A stretch of DNA of 64,000 bases, taken from the NCBI GenBank assembly GCA_965368335.1, contig CBDUMN010000002.1:26135-90134 (forward strand). The letters are read 5' to 3'. Source of the stretch: an uncultured Rhodospirillales bacterium. GTDB lineage: Bacteria; Pseudomonadota; Alphaproteobacteria; Rhodospirillales; JAPHRK01. Under the pieces are notes generated by a model. The model saw only the letters and a list, made by a program, of their open reading frames with translations, did no database searches and was not told where the DNA came from. A program made the translations under genes and the position numbers. Of the stretch, positions 37,864 through 48,871 are shown piece by piece (position 1 is the stretch's first letter; the number at the start of each line of letters is the position of its first letter).

Positions 37864-38327
37864 CGGTGCACGAGGTGGAAACGTTTTTTGAGTTCCATCA
37901 TACGAAGGCAGGCTTCAGCCGCGCGCCCGCCATGATTTTTCTGATCGACCTTGGCGCGAACCCATGCCTGATCGCGGTTTTCAACCGTCAAAACCCCAAA
38001 GCCATGGGCAATGGTGTAATCGAGCGCTAGATCCATCATGGCTCGCGACGATTCTCGACAGACGTGGTCGTAGTGATCGGTTTCGCCACGAATGACGCAA
38101 CCGAGCGTAACAAATCCGGCAAAGGGCTTGGAAACGGCCTTGGCTTCCATGGCCTTGATGGCGAAACGCACCGCTCCAGGGACCTCGAAAACGCCGGGAA
38201 CTTCAATGCGTTCATATTCGCAACCGGCTTTATCCAGTACCTCGGTCGCGCCACGCACCAGTTCATCGGCAATATCGTCGTAGAAACGTGCTTCGACGAT
38301 CAGAACACGGGGACGATCATTATCCAT
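37860..38327 (-). CDS. ribH: 6,7-dimethyl-8-ribityllumazine synthase
   Basis: 155 aa. VPGVFEVP and TLGCVIRGETDHYD motifs. Confidence 0.92.
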   Translation of the reverse strand: MDNDRPRVLIVEARFYDDIADELVRGATEVLDKAGCEYERIEVPGVFEVPGAVRFAIKAMEAKAVSKPFAGFVTLGCVIRGETDHYDHVCRESSRAMMDLALDYTIAHGFGVLTVENRDQAWVRAKVDQKNHGGRAAEACLRMMELKKRFHLVHR

Positions 38328-38329
38328 GA

Positions 38330-39478
38330 TTATTCCTCCCGAACCGGAATGGGACGGCGCTCAACCACATTGAGCCCATAGCCCTCAAGGCCAACAATGG
38401 TGCGCTCTGTGTTGGTAAGCAAAATCATATCCTGAATACCGAGATCGAGGAGAATTTGCGCGCCAACACCATAATCTCTTAAAGGCTCAGGGCCTACCGG
38501 AGGGTCACCGGCGCGGGTCCGCACCTTATCCGACAACGCGGTCGGGCGAGGTTCGCGAATAAGCACCGTCACCCCCTGACCGAATTCACCGATCATCCGC
38601 ATGGCTTCGTGCAGTTCGTGGGCCTTACCCGCGCTATGGTCGCCCAACACATCATCAAGCACATTCAGCGCATGCATCCGCACCATAGCGGGCCCCTCGG
38701 CCGCTAGGTCGCCTTTGACCACGGCCACATGCTCGGCATAGTTCACAGTGTTTTTGTAGACGATCATTTTCGATTCACCGCAATAGCGGCTATCGAGCGG
38801 GCTTTCCGCAACTCGTTCGACCACACGGTCGTTCTTCAAGCGGTAGGCGATCAGGTCGGCAATCGTGGCGATTTTCAAACCGTGGCGCTTAGCGAACTTC
38901 ACCAAATCAGGCAAGCGAGCCATGGTGCCGTCGTCGTTCATGATTTCACAGATCACACCAGACGGATTGAGACCGGCGAGTCTGGAAATATCGACGGATG
39001 CTTCAGTGTGTCCGGCACGGACCAAAACGCCGCCGTCCCGCGCCCGCAACGGAAAAACATGCCCCGGCGTAACGATGCCGTCGGTCTGCATAGGGTCGAT
39101 AGCTGCGGCAATGGTCCGCGCACGGTCGCCCGCAGAGATGCCCGTACTGACGCCTTCCTTGGCCTCAATAGATAAGGTGAAGGCGGTCTCATGGCGCGAT
39201 TCGTTGTTGGCCGCCATCAAAGGCAGACCCAATTCGTCAATCCGTGACGAAGTCATAGCCAAGCAAATTAAACCGCGGCCGTATTTCGCCATGAAATTAA
39301 TGGCGTCCGGCGTTGCCATCTGGCCGGGAATAATCAAATCCCCTTCGTTCTCGCGGTCTTCATCGTCAACGACGATGAACATACGCCCATTACGGGCTTC
39401 CTCAATGATCTCCTCAATGGGAGAAAGAAAATCTGTTTCAGACAATGCCCTAGTCCTTCTCAAGAAGGCGGGCACCAT
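38330..39478 (-). CDS. ribBA: Bifunctional DHBP synthase / GTP cyclohydrolase II-like
   Basis: VVDDEDRENEGDL is RibB-type, followed by a C-terminal RibA-like half. The start codon is uncertain. Confidence 0.9.
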   Translation of the reverse strand: MVPAFLRRTRALSETDFLSPIEEIIEEARNGRMFIVVDDEDRENEGDLIIPGQMATPDAINFMAKYGRGLICLAMTSSRIDELGLPLMAANNESRHETAFTLSIEAKEGVSTGISAGDRARTIAAAIDPMQTDGIVTPGHVFPLRARDGGVLVRAGHTEASVDISRLAGLNPSGVICEIMNDDGTMARLPDLVKFAKRHGLKIATIADLIAYRLKNDRVVERVAESPLDSRYCGESKMIVYKNTVNYAEHVAVVKGDLAAEGPAMVRMHALNVLDDVLGDHSAGKAHELHEAMRMIGEFGQGVTVLIREPRPTALSDKVRTRAGDPPVGPEPLRDYGVGAQILLDLGIQDMILLTNTERTIVGLEGYGLNVVERRPIPVREE

Positions 39479-40037
39479 AGCGCGCCAACATATCGATTTC
39501 CAGGTTAACCGAGTCCCCTTCTTTCAGGCTCCCCAAGGTCGTAACCTGCATGGTGTGCGGAATGATATTGATGCCGAACCGGCCGCCTTCAACCTCATTG
39601 ACGGTCAAAGAAATACCGTCAAGCGCCACCGACCCTTTAGGGGCGATGAAGTTTTTTAAGGAATCGGGCGCTTCAAAAACGAAACGATGGGATTCACCCT
39701 CCGGCGTGATCGAAACAATTTTTGCAAGACCGTCCACATGCCCTGAGACGATATGACCGCCCAACTCGTCGCCAATCTTCATGGCGCGTTCAAAGTTGAC
39801 CGCATCCCCTTCTTTCCAGGCGCCCATGGTTGTCTTGGAAAGAGACTCGCCGGAAGCGGAAATAGCGAACCAATCGTCGCCCGTTTCAATCACCGTCATG
39901 CAAGCGCCATTGCAGGCGATAGACGCGCCGATCTCAATGGTCGACGTATCGTATGAAGTTGTGAATTCGAAGCGCGTATCTCCAGTCTTGGTGACGGAGC
40001 GCACTTTTCCCAGGTCCGTAATAATCCCCGTAAACAT
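39450..40037 (-). CDS. ribE: Riboflavin synthase
   Basis: MFTGIITDLG, and a duplicated lumazine-binding repeat (GASIACNGACMTV / GSVALDGISLTV). Confidence 0.9.
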   Translation of the reverse strand: MFTGIITDLGKVRSVTKTGDTRFEFTTSYDTSTIEIGASIACNGACMTVIETGDDWFAISASGESLSKTTMGAWKEGDAVNFERAMKIGDELGGHIVSGHVDGLAKIVSITPEGESHRFVFEAPDSLKNFIAPKGSVALDGISLTVNEVEGGRFGINIIPHTMQVTTLGSLKEGDSVNLEIDMLARYGARLLEKD

Positions 40038-40045
40038 CTTTAGGC

Positions 40046-41122
40046 TTATCTTTCGTAAATTTCGATCAGGTCGGTACCGGCTTCGCGCGATGAAATGCGC
40101 ACAAAATCGGCGGTTTGGTCAAGTTTTTCAACGCCGAAGGCCATTGTCGCCGGAAGACCATCGCCGCCCATAATGCGGGGAGCCCGCATCCAGGCCACTC
40201 TGTCTATTAGATTGTGCTCAAGAAAGCTAGCCGCCAGATGACTGCCGCCTTCGACAAGAACCCGCGTCAACCCTCGCCGCCCCATTTCAAGCGCGGCCAG
40301 TTCCAAGTTTGGGTAGCCGTCTTTGTCGGGCTCTACTTCAATCACCGAAACCCCGACCCCTTCAAATGCCTGTTTCCGCTCCTCATCATTCCCCGGCAAG
40401 GTGACGATCCAGGTTGGATGCTTTGCAGCGGTCGCCACCAACTTATGTGTCAAAGGGAGCCGCATCCGGCTATCGAAGACGATGCGTACTGGAGATTTTT
40501 CCTCCAGCCCCGGCAAACGGCAGGTCAGCATGGGATCATCGACCAAAGCAGTACCGATACCGACCATGATGGCGTCATGATCGGCGCGCAACGCATGTCC
40601 GGCCCGCCGGGCTTCTTCGCCGGTGATCCACTGGCTATCGCCCGTATGGGTGGCGATCCGTCCATCAAGCGTCGAGGCCGATTTCAAAGTAAACAGCGGC
40701 CGCCCCTTGGTTACTTTAAGGAAAAACCCCTTGTTCAAGCGCAAAGCTTCTGCTTCGCAAACCCCTTGTACGACCTCGATACCGGTATTTTGCAGACGTT
40801 CAATACCTTTTCCGCCAACCCGTCCGTCAGGATCTTGGCAGGCGACGACGACACGGGCGACCCCCGCATCGATTAAGGCTTGCGAACAAGGTGGAGTCTG
40901 ACCGTGGTGATCACAGGGTTCAAGGGAAACGAAAGCGGTCGCCCCCTTCGCCTGAGCCCCGGCCTGCCTTAAGGCTTCGGTTTCCGCATGGGGACGCCCT
41001 CCCGGCTGGGTCCAGCCCCGTCCGACGACAATTCCTAACTCGTTGACAAGAACGCACCCGACAGCGGGATTGGGCCAGACATTGCCAAGCCCACGGCGCG
41101 CCAAGGCCAATGCCGCCCGCAT
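40046..41122 (-). CDS. ribD: Riboflavin biosynthesis deaminase/reductase RibD
   Basis: HAETEAL...LEPCDHHGQTPPC is the deaminase zinc site, followed by a reductase half. The ATG at 41122 avoids overlap with nrdR. The track start would overlap nrdR by 110 nt. Confidence 0.85.
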   Translation of the reverse strand: MRAALALARRGLGNVWPNPAVGCVLVNELGIVVGRGWTQPGGRPHAETEALRQAGAQAKGATAFVSLEPCDHHGQTPPCSQALIDAGVARVVVACQDPDGRVGGKGIERLQNTGIEVVQGVCEAEALRLNKGFFLKVTKGRPLFTLKSASTLDGRIATHTGDSQWITGEEARRAGHALRADHDAIMVGIGTALVDDPMLTCRLPGLEEKSPVRIVFDSRMRLPLTHKLVATAAKHPTWIVTLPGNDEERKQAFEGVGVSVIEVEPDKDGYPNLELAALEMGRRGLTRVLVEGGSHLAASFLEHNLIDRVAWMRAPRIMGGDGLPATMAFGVEKLDQTADFVRISSREAGTDLIEIYER

Positions 41123-41153
41123 ATTGGCGACATCGCTGGAGCCTGGGCCCTTC

Positions 41154-41612
41154 TTAGTCTGCTTCGTGGTCGAGTGTTCCGACAAAGTCTTCGAAATCCT
41201 TGGCTTCGCGGAAGTTCCGATAAACGGAAGCAAACCGCACATAGGCGACCTTATCCAGTTCACCCAAGACGTCCATGATCATTTCCCCAATGACCTTGGA
41301 GGGAATTTCCGTCTCACCCAAACTCTCAAGACGTCGCTGCACCCCATTGACAACACGCTCTATTTTCTCGGGATCGACAGGGCGTTTACGTAGTGCGATC
41401 TGCAAAGAACGCAACACCTTGTCCCGGTCGAAGGGCGACTTCTTACCGTCGTTTTTAATGACCGTCAGTTCCCGAAGCTGAACCCGCTCAAACGTCGTGA
41501 AGCGCGAACCGCAGCCGGGGCAATAACGGCGGCGACGGATCGTCGCGTTATCTTCCGTCGGCCGCGAATCCTTTACTTGGGTATCGTTGTTTCCACAAAA
41601 CGGACAGCGCAT
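41154..41612 (-). CDS. nrdR: Transcriptional repressor NrdR
   Basis: [17 protein letters not shown]...[17 protein letters not shown] is the zinc ribbon, followed by an ATP-cone. Confidence 0.92.
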   Translation of the reverse strand: MRCPFCGNNDTQVKDSRPTEDNATIRRRRYCPGCGSRFTTFERVQLRELTVIKNDGKKSPFDRDKVLRSLQIALRKRPVDPEKIERVVNGVQRRLESLGETEIPSKVIGEMIMDVLGELDKVAYVRFASVYRNFREAKDFEDFVGTLDHEAD

Positions 41613-41647
41613 GTCCCCCTCCCCTGGTTAAATCGTCCCACGCAACC

Positions 41648-42934
41648 TTAGCTTCCCGTATAAACGGGGAACCGCTTGCAGAGATCGGCGACTTTTTCGC
41701 GGGCGGCCTTTTCGGCTGCCGAGTTGTCTTCGCGGTTCTCGGCAAGGCCGTCGAGAACATCACTTATCATTTCACCGACCAGCTTGAACTCCTCGACACC
41801 AAAGCCTCGCGTGGTTCCGACAGGCGTTCCCACACGAACGCCAGAGGTCACCATGGGCTTCTCCGGATCGAAGGGAATACCGTTCTTGTTGCAAGTCATC
41901 CCGGCCCGCTCAAGGCTTTCCTCGGCGATATTGCCCGTCAACCCCTTAGGTCGCAGATCGACGAGCATCAGGTGCGTATCCGTGCCGCCCGAAACGATAT
42001 CGCAGCCGCGGGTCGAAAGAACCTCAGCCAGCGCCTTGGCGTTTTCCACCACGTTGGCCACATAATCTTTGTAATCCTGGGTCAGGGCTTCACCGAAGGC
42101 GACGGCCTTGGCGGCAATCACATGCATCAAAGGCCCGCCCTGCAAACCGGGGAAAACCGCCGAATTGATCTTTTTGCCCAAATCGGGATTGTTGCTCAAA
42201 ATCATCCCGCCCCGCGGACCGCGTAGGGTCTTGTGGGTCGTCGTCGTGACGATGTCGGCAATCGGCAGTGGGTTTGGATGAACGCCCCCGGCCACAAGAC
42301 CGGCGAAATGCGCCATATCGACCATCAGCAATGCACCAACTTTGTCGGCAATCTCACGAAACTTTTTAAAGTCGAGTTGCCGCGGATAGGCGGAACCGCC
42401 GGCAATGATCAGTTTCGGCTTGTGCTCTTTGGCGAGACCTTCCAACTCGTCGAAATCAACCAAAGCATCCTGGCGGCGAACGCCATACTGAACGGCATTG
42501 AACCACTTACCCGACTGGGCAGGCGGGGCGCCATGGGTCAAGTGCCCGCCAGCGGCCAGCGACATCCCCATCAGAGTATCGCCAGGTTGCAGCAACGCCT
42601 GATAGACCGCACCGTTCGCCTGAGCTCCCGAGTGGGGCTGAACGTTGACGAATTCGCAATCGAAAAGCTTCTTGGCCCGCTCGATGGCAAGGCTCTCGGA
42701 AACATCCACATACTCGCAACCACCATAATAGCGGCGACCGGGATAGCCTTCCGCATACTTGTTGGTCAAAACCGAACCTTGGGCCTCCAGCACCGCCTTG
42801 GAGACGATGTTTTCGGAAGCGATCAGTTCAATCTGATCCTGCTGACGGGCAAGTTCGGCATCGATGGATTTTTTCAGGTCGGGATCGGTCTCAGCCAGGG
42901 AAGCACTGAAAAAGCGGTCGTTGAGAGACGACAT
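41648..42934 (-). CDS. glyA: Serine hydroxymethyltransferase
   Basis: 428 aa. The [18 protein letters not shown]-lysine motif is present. Confidence 0.95.
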   Translation of the reverse strand: MSSLNDRFFSASLAETDPDLKKSIDAELARQQDQIELIASENIVSKAVLEAQGSVLTNKYAEGYPGRRYYGGCEYVDVSESLAIERAKKLFDCEFVNVQPHSGAQANGAVYQALLQPGDTLMGMSLAAGGHLTHGAPPAQSGKWFNAVQYGVRRQDALVDFDELEGLAKEHKPKLIIAGGSAYPRQLDFKKFREIADKVGALLMVDMAHFAGLVAGGVHPNPLPIADIVTTTTHKTLRGPRGGMILSNNPDLGKKINSAVFPGLQGGPLMHVIAAKAVAFGEALTQDYKDYVANVVENAKALAEVLSTRGCDIVSGGTDTHLMLVDLRPKGLTGNIAEESLERAGMTCNKNGIPFDPEKPMVTSGVRVGTPVGTTRGFGVEEFKLVGEMISDVLDGLAENREDNSAAEKAAREKVADLCKRFPVYTGS

Positions 42935-42969
42935 GGATGGTGGTCCTTTTTAACTTAAGCACTAAGCAA

Positions 42970-43413
42970 TTAGACGGGAGAAGACATTTTGGCGACGCGA
43001 CGTTCATGCCGTCCGCCTTCAAATTCAGTCTCCAGGAAAACTTTAAGACAGTCGCGCGCCGTCTCGAGGCCGATCATCCGACCACCGAAAGCAATGACGT
43101 TGGCGTTATTATGTTCACGCGACATCCGGGCCGAAAGCGCATCATGGATAAGAGCCGCACGCACCTCGGGGTGCCGGTTGGCGGCTATGCTGATGCCGAT
43201 CCCCGAACCGCATACCAAAACCCCTTTACTCGCCTTGCCTTCCTTAATGGCGTTAGCCATGGCGTTGGCATAGTCGGGATAATCCACCGATGCAGTACCG
43301 TCGGTTCCGAGATCGAGAACCTTATAGCCCATTTCGTTTAAATCGATCATCAGTTGATCTTTGAGTTCAAAGCCGCCGTGATCGCAAGCAACGGCAATAA
43401 TTTCTGAGGACAT
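42970..43413 (-). CDS. rpiB: Ribose-5-phosphate isomerase B
   Basis: 147 aa. VLVCGSGIGISIAANR is the RpiB/LacAB motif. Confidence 0.9.
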   Translation of the reverse strand: MSSEIIAVACDHGGFELKDQLMIDLNEMGYKVLDLGTDGTASVDYPDYANAMANAIKEGKASKGVLVCGSGIGISIAANRHPEVRAALIHDALSARMSREHNNANVIAFGGRMIGLETARDCLKVFLETEFEGGRHERRVAKMSSPV

Positions 43414-43593
43414 GGCGAAGCCTTCGGTCCATTGGAGACGTTTTCGGGTTAGTTACCACATATCGATTCGCGTTTCTATCAGAACCACAACTTATCGCGT
43501 TTTTTGTGTGTAAAAAGCCGCCCCCTATTGTGGACAAAAAGAAAGCCCGGCGAAATTTGATCGCCGAGCCTCCCCAATCTATTGAAAAGCCGC

Positions 43594-44694
43594 CTATTTT
43601 GCGTAGTCGTACTGGCCGTCTTTCCATTCGTAGAAAACATACCCCGGCGCAGTGACGTCACCCTTTTCGTCAAAACCGATGGCGCCGAGCACCGTATCGA
43701 ACTTACCCTTCTTCAAGGAGCCGATAACCTTATCGAGATCGGTGCCGCCAGCAGCCGTAACGGCCTGGGCCCAAGCCTGGATAGCGCCGTAGGTATAAAG
43801 CGTATAGCCTTCAGGCTTGTAGTTCATGGCAAGGAACTTCTCGACGATTTCCTTGTTTTTTGGATCCTTTGCAGGGTCGGGACTGAAGGTCATCAGCGTA
43901 CCTTCACCGTCCTTGCCGGTAATCGCCCAATATTCCTGCGTCACCAGAGCATCACCGGAAACCAAAACCGCATCGAGACCTTGCTGACGGGATTGGCGGA
44001 CGATCAGACCACCCTCGGTGTGATACCCCCCTAAGTAAATGACATCGACCTTAGACGCCTTCAGTTTGGAAACCAGGGCCGAGTAGTCTTTTTCACCGGC
44101 CGTAATGGCTTCATACATCACTTCCGTTACGCCAAGACCATTGAGGGTTTTCTTGGTTTCATCGGCGAGGCCCTTACCGTAGGCGGTTTTATCGTGAATG
44201 ATGGCGATATTCTTGCCTTTGAATTTCTCCACCAAATAGGTGCCTGCCACGGTGCCCTGCTGGTCGTCACGACCACAGGTACGGAAAACGTTGTCCATGC
44301 CCCGCTCGGTCAGTTTCGGGTTGGTCGAAGCGGGAGAAATCTGAAGAATGCCTTCATCGGCATAGACTTCGGATGCCGGAATGGAAGAACCGGAACAGAA
44401 GTGGCCCGCCATAAACGAGACCCCTTTGTTAACCATTTCATTGGCGACAGCGACAGCCTGTTTCGGGTCGCATGCATCATCGCCGATTTCCAGTTTGAGC
44501 ATTTGGCCCAGCACACCGCCTTTGGCGTTGATATCGGCAACCGCCTGCTCAGCGCCCCGCTTCATCTGTTCGCCGAATGCCGCATACTGTCCCGTCATCG
44601 GACCTGCGGTAGCAATAGTGATATCGGCCTGAGCCGCGGTTGCGCCGAAGGCGACCATGGCCACGGCGGCCATCCCAAGTTTGAAACTGTTCAT
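43594..44694 (-). CDS. Branched-chain amino-acid ABC transporter substrate-binding protein
   Basis: 366 aa with a signal peptide and a LivJ/K-like type I periplasmic-binding fold (ITIATAGPMTGQYAAFG). Confidence 0.85.
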   Translation of the reverse strand: MNSFKLGMAAVAMVAFGATAAQADITIATAGPMTGQYAAFGEQMKRGAEQAVADINAKGGVLGQMLKLEIGDDACDPKQAVAVANEMVNKGVSFMAGHFCSGSSIPASEVYADEGILQISPASTNPKLTERGMDNVFRTCGRDDQQGTVAGTYLVEKFKGKNIAIIHDKTAYGKGLADETKKTLNGLGVTEVMYEAITAGEKDYSALVSKLKASKVDVIYLGGYHTEGGLIVRQSRQQGLDAVLVSGDALVTQEYWAITGKDGEGTLMTFSPDPAKDPKNKEIVEKFLAMNYKPEGYTLYTYGAIQAWAQAVTAAGGTDLDKVIGSLKKGKFDTVLGAIGFDEKGDVTAPGYVFYEWKDGQYDYAK

Positions 44695-44744
44695 CTGAGA
44701 AACTACTCCCTATACTTATCGCACCACTTAGTTCACTGAAATGA

Positions 44745-45086
44745 TTAGTTAATTTCTCGCCAGCTGAAGAGGCCGCTGCGTCGGTAGAGCCACGGGTATT
44801 GCAACACCATCATTCGCGCTCTGGTTAGCTTGTAGGATAACCCGGCAATGATCAACATGGTTAGCGCATCCACCGCATAACCCAAGGCCGTCAAAAGTAC
44901 GCCATCAAACAGCGCAAAAATCAAAAACCGCACCGCCAATCCCAACAAAAGCGAATACGGCACAATCTGCCACATAGGCCGCCATGTGGCAGCCAAAGCC
45001 TGACCCGTCATATAAGCGCAGGCTCCACCACAAACAACGGCCATGACAAGATAAACGCCCCCAGAGGTACCCAGCAAACCTTCCAT
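44745..45086 (-). CDS. Small integral membrane protein embedded in the liv operon
   Basis: 113 aa with 3 hydrophobic helices, lying between the livF-like and binding-protein genes. Confidence 0.55.
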   Translation of the reverse strand: MEGLLGTSGGVYLVMAVVCGGACAYMTGQALAATWRPMWQIVPYSLLLGLAVRFLIFALFDGVLLTALGYAVDALTMLIIAGLSYKLTRARMMVLQYPWLYRRSGLFSWREIN

Positions 45087-45089
45087 GAT

Positions 45090-45800
45090 TTAGTGCCCTC
45101 CTTCCAGATAAGCGGCGCGCACTTCTGGATTGGCGAGCAACTCATCCCCATTACCGCTCATGGTAATGTTGCCATTGACCATCACATAGCCCCGATGGGC
45201 CAGCTTGAGGGCGTGAAATGCATTTTGCTCAACCAGAAAAACGGTCATGCCCTCTTTTTCGTTGATCATCTTAATGGCGTTGAAAATCTGGCGCACCACC
45301 ATGGGGGCCAAGCCAAGCGAAGGCTCGTCAAGCAAAAGCAATTTCGGGCGGCTCATCAGGGCGCGGCCAATGGCCAGCATCTGCTGCTCCCCCCCCGATA
45401 AGGTGCCGGCCCGCTGTTTTTGCCGCTCCTTCAAAATCGGAAATAGCTTAAAGACGTTTTCGAGATCGCCATCGAAGTGCTTCGGGTCGGCAACCGTCGC
45501 ACCCATTTGAAGATTTTCGAGTATGCTCATCCGGGGGAAAACACGCCGCCCTTCTGGCGATTGGGCGAGGCCCAAACGAATAATCTCATGAGGAGCGGCA
45601 CGGGTAATATCCTTGCCTTCAAATTCGATCATTCCCTTTGAGGCATGAGGATTGCCGCAGACGGTCATCAAGAGGGTCGTTTTCCCGGCTCCATTGGCGC
45701 CGATCAGGGTGACGATTTCTCCCTGCTCGATTGTCATATCGACGCCCTTAAGCGCCTCGATCCGCCCATAGAAGGTATGCACGCCACGGATATTAAGCAT
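45090..45800 (-). CDS. livF: Branched-chain amino-acid ABC transporter ATP-binding protein LivF
   Basis: Walker A (GANGAGKTT), signature (LSGGEQQ) and Walker B (LLLLDEPS). Confidence 0.9.
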   Translation of the reverse strand: MLNIRGVHTFYGRIEALKGVDMTIEQGEIVTLIGANGAGKTTLLMTVCGNPHASKGMIEFEGKDITRAAPHEIIRLGLAQSPEGRRVFPRMSILENLQMGATVADPKHFDGDLENVFKLFPILKERQKQRAGTLSGGEQQMLAIGRALMSRPKLLLLDEPSLGLAPMVVRQIFNAIKMINEKEGMTVFLVEQNAFHALKLAHRGYVMVNGNITMSGNGDELLANPEVRAAYLEGGH

Positions 45801-46656
45801 CGCCCGCGCCCTCCCCGCTCAATCCCAGGTCTTGGGCGACTTCTTCAGGCAAGTCTTCATCATCTTCTTCGCCAAGATAAGCTTTGATCACGCTGGGATC
45901 GTTACGCACCTCTTCAGGCGTTCCGTCGGCGATCTTGCGACCGTAATCGATCACCACCACATGATCGGAAATCTCCATGACCACGCTCATATCGTGTTCA
46001 ATCAGCAACAGACCGATTTTATGGCTGTCCCTGATATATTGCAGGAGCTCGTTCAACTCGAGAGATTCCCGAGGGTTCAGGCCTGCGGCCGGTTCATCGA
46101 GACATAACAAACAGGGTTCGACACACATCGAGCGGGCAATTTCCAGACGGCGCTGATCGCCATACGGCAGGTTGCCGGCATCCCAATCGGCCTTGTCGAG
46201 CATACCGACCTTATCGAGCCAGTATTTCGCCAGTTCAACGGCTTCTTTTTCAGCCTGGCGGTAACGCGAAAGCCCCAAAAGTCCGGCAAAGCTAAACCCC
46301 GACGCCCGCATGAGCATGTTGTGCTGTGCAACAATCAGGTTTTCCATCACCGTCATCTGCGGAAACAGTCGAATATTCTGGAAAGTGCGCGCCACGCCGG
46401 AACGCCGGGGAATGCGGAACCCTTCCATTTGTTCCAGATAGCGCTTGCCCTCTGGGTGATGCAGCGTCAGGCATCCCACCGTCGGCTTATAAAAGCCTGT
46501 CAAGCAATTGAAAACCGTTGTTTTTCCGGCTCCATTGGGGCCGATAATCGCGGTAATTTCCCGCTCCCTGGCAACAAACGAAAGGTCGTCAATGGCAACC
46601 AAGCCGCCAAAATGCATGGAGAGGTGCTCGACCTCCAAAAGCGGAGCGTTGGTCAT
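45793..46656 (-). CDS. livG: Branched-chain amino-acid ABC transporter ATP-binding protein LivG
   Basis: GPNGAGKTT, LPYGDQRRLEIAR and LLCLDEPAAG. Confidence 0.9.
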   Translation of the reverse strand: MTNAPLLEVEHLSMHFGGLVAIDDLSFVAREREITAIIGPNGAGKTTVFNCLTGFYKPTVGCLTLHHPEGKRYLEQMEGFRIPRRSGVARTFQNIRLFPQMTVMENLIVAQHNMLMRASGFSFAGLLGLSRYRQAEKEAVELAKYWLDKVGMLDKADWDAGNLPYGDQRRLEIARSMCVEPCLLCLDEPAAGLNPRESLELNELLQYIRDSHKIGLLLIEHDMSVVMEISDHVVVIDYGRKIADGTPEEVRNDPSVIKAYLGEEDDEDLPEEVAQDLGLSGEGAGDA

Positions 46657-47960
46657 CCTTCCCCTCCCCGCTCTTTATCCGGATAGAGCTTCATGGTCGG
46701 TTCACGGAAAGCCAGAAGGCCACGCGGTCGCCAAACCATGATCAGCACCATCACCCCGCCAAACGCCAGCATTCGGTATTCTTGCAGTTCGCGAATCAGC
46801 TCAGGAAGCAACACAAGGACGAAAGCCGCCAGAACAACGCCGATCTGGCTGCCCATCCCCCCCAAAACGACAATCGCCAAGATAATCGCAGATTCAATGA
46901 AGGTAAAACTTTCCGGGCTGATGAACCCCTGCCGGGTGGCGAAAAACGATCCGGCGAAGCCTGCAAACATCGCTCCAATGGCAAAAGCCGAAAGCTTCGT
47001 ATTGGTCGGGTTGATACCCAACGACCGGCAAGCGATCTCATCCTCGCGCAAGGCCTCCCAGGCCCGCCCAATGGGCAAGCGACGCAATCGCATGGCGACG
47101 AAATTGGTAATCAACGCCAGGGCTAAAATCAGGAAATACCAAAAGACGAAACGGTGCTCGGAAGAATAGGGAATATCGAAATATTGATGGAAGGCGACCT
47201 CCCCCTCTTTGGGACGGCGGGTAAACTCCATCATTCCGAAAAGCGACGGCCTGGGAATGCCAGATAAACCGTCGGGCCCCTTGGTCAGATCGTACCAGTT
47301 CAGCAGCACAACGCGGATGATTTCACCAAACCCCAGCGTCACGATAGCCAGATAGTCTCCTCTCAGACGCAGAACGGGAAATCCGAGGATAATCCCAAAC
47401 GTCGCCGAGAAAATCCCAGCCAAAGGCAGACATATCCAGAAAGAAAGGCCGAAATGTTCGGCCAGCAGCGCATAGGAATAAGCGCCAACCGCGTAGAAGG
47501 CCACATACCCAAGGTCGAGCAATCCGGCCAAGCCGACCACGATATTAAGCCCCCAACCCAGCATGACGTAAATCAGCAGCACGATCATCAGGTCGAGAAC
47601 GTAGCGGTTGGCGATGGGGCTAAACGGCAAAATCACCGCCCCAACAATCAGCATAACGCCGATCCAGAACATATAGCGCTGCAGGGCATGACTGAAATGA
47701 CTGGAACCGGTACGGAACTTTTCACCGTACCTCGGCACCAGCGTCGCCTGCCCGACATTGATCGCCAACCGGCCAAAGAAAGCTATCGCCGCGGCATAAA
47801 CGACCCACATCATTCGCGGCTCAATGCTCAGACCCGTTGGAGAATCAGCCAGACGGAACCCAGCTAAGGGCAAAGCGAGGGCGGCGATGACAAAGGCCGT
47901 AAGCCCGGCGTCTTTAACTACACCAACGACATCGAAACGCTTTTCTCCGGCCATCCTCAA
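46653..47960 (-). CDS. livM: Branched-chain amino-acid ABC transporter permease LivM
   Basis: 435-aa polytopic protein with LivM-like motifs (GLAGLLDLGYVAFYAVGAY). Confidence 0.9.
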   Translation of the reverse strand: MRMAGEKRFDVVGVVKDAGLTAFVIAALALPLAGFRLADSPTGLSIEPRMMWVVYAAAIAFFGRLAINVGQATLVPRYGEKFRTGSSHFSHALQRYMFWIGVMLIVGAVILPFSPIANRYVLDLMIVLLIYVMLGWGLNIVVGLAGLLDLGYVAFYAVGAYSYALLAEHFGLSFWICLPLAGIFSATFGIILGFPVLRLRGDYLAIVTLGFGEIIRVVLLNWYDLTKGPDGLSGIPRPSLFGMMEFTRRPKEGEVAFHQYFDIPYSSEHRFVFWYFLILALALITNFVAMRLRRLPIGRAWEALREDEIACRSLGINPTNTKLSAFAIGAMFAGFAGSFFATRQGFISPESFTFIESAIILAIVVLGGMGSQIGVVLAAFVLVLLPELIRELQEYRMLAFGGVMVLIMVWRPRGLLAFREPTMKLYPDKERGGEG

Positions 47961-48871
47961 ACCTTCTCGATTTCGGGTTTACCGAGAATGCCCGTCGGGC
48001 GGAAAATCAGTACGATCACCAGGATCGAAAAAGCGGCTACATCTTTATATTCAATAGTGAAATAGGCCGACCAGAAGGCTTCAATGAGGCCGATCAAGAG
48101 CCCGCCCAACATCGCTCCCGGAAGCGAGCCGATCCCGCCCAGCACTGCTGCCGTAAAGGCCTTAATACCCGCCAGAAAGCCGATATAGAAATCGATCACC
48201 CCGTAATAAAGCGTGACCATCAAACCGGCGACGGCAGCCAAGGCCGCCCCCATGACCAAGGTTAGCGAAATGGTGCGGTCGACATTGACTCCGACAAGCC
48301 CCGCCATCGTCCTGTCCTGTTCGCAGGCCCTTTGGGCGCGACCTAGAGCCGTCCGGGAAATCACAAGGGAGAAGACCACCATCAAAACAACGGTCAGCAG
48401 GATGATAATGATCTGCAGATAGCTCAACGTGACGCTGAAACCATCGCTCTCCATCAAAACAAAGCCCCCTTCGATCAGCGGCTGCAAAGGTTTGACCCGC
48501 GCCCCCTGAAGCAGTTGGACATAGTTCTGCAGAAAGATAGACATACCGATCGCCGAAATGAGCGGCGACAGACGCGGCGCGCCTCTTAACGGACGGTACG
48601 ACGTTCGCTCAACCGACCATCCATATGTCGCGGCAAACACCATGGCCATAGCCAGAGCAATCATCAAAATCAGGGCAATAGAGGTGAAACCCAATTGTCC
48701 CATCAGCAGAATTGTGATCAGGGAAATAAACGCGCCGATCATATAGATTTCGCCATGGGCGAAGTTGATCATGCCGATAATTCCATAGACCATCGTGTAA
48801 CCAATGGCGATAAGGCCATAAATGGCCCCGAGCGTGAGGCCGTTGATCAACTGCTGTACGAAATACTCCAT
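47957..48871 (-). CDS. livH: Branched-chain amino-acid ABC transporter permease LivH
   Basis: MEYFVQQLINGLTLGAIYGLIAIGYTMVYG is the canonical LivH N-terminus. ATG at 48871. Confidence 0.9.
   Translation of the reverse strand: MEYFVQQLINGLTLGAIYGLIAIGYTMVYGIIGMINFAHGEIYMIGAFISLITILLMGQLGFTSIALILMIALAMAMVFAATYGWSVERTSYRPLRGAPRLSPLISAIGMSIFLQNYVQLLQGARVKPLQPLIEGGFVLMESDGFSVTLSYLQIIIILLTVVLMVVFSLVISRTALGRAQRACEQDRTMAGLVGVNVDRTISLTLVMGAALAAVAGLMVTLYYGVIDFYIGFLAGIKAFTAAVLGGIGSLPGAMLGGLLIGLIEAFWSAYFTIEYKDVAAFSILVIVLIFRPTGILGKPEIEKV

Noticed and set aside
41123-41263. N-terminal extensions given by the ORF track for ribD, hppA (35562..35717), metY (52832..52966), int (14483..14593) and umuD (24493..24597)
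   Set aside because: The extensions are upstream in-frame read-through with non-protein-like sequence. Internal ATGs with better ribosome-binding sites coincide with the start of the homologous regions.
38328-41650. An FMN riboswitch in the rib/nrdR cluster
   Set aside because: The genes are tightly packed with overlapping or very short gaps. No leader is long enough to hold an RFN element.
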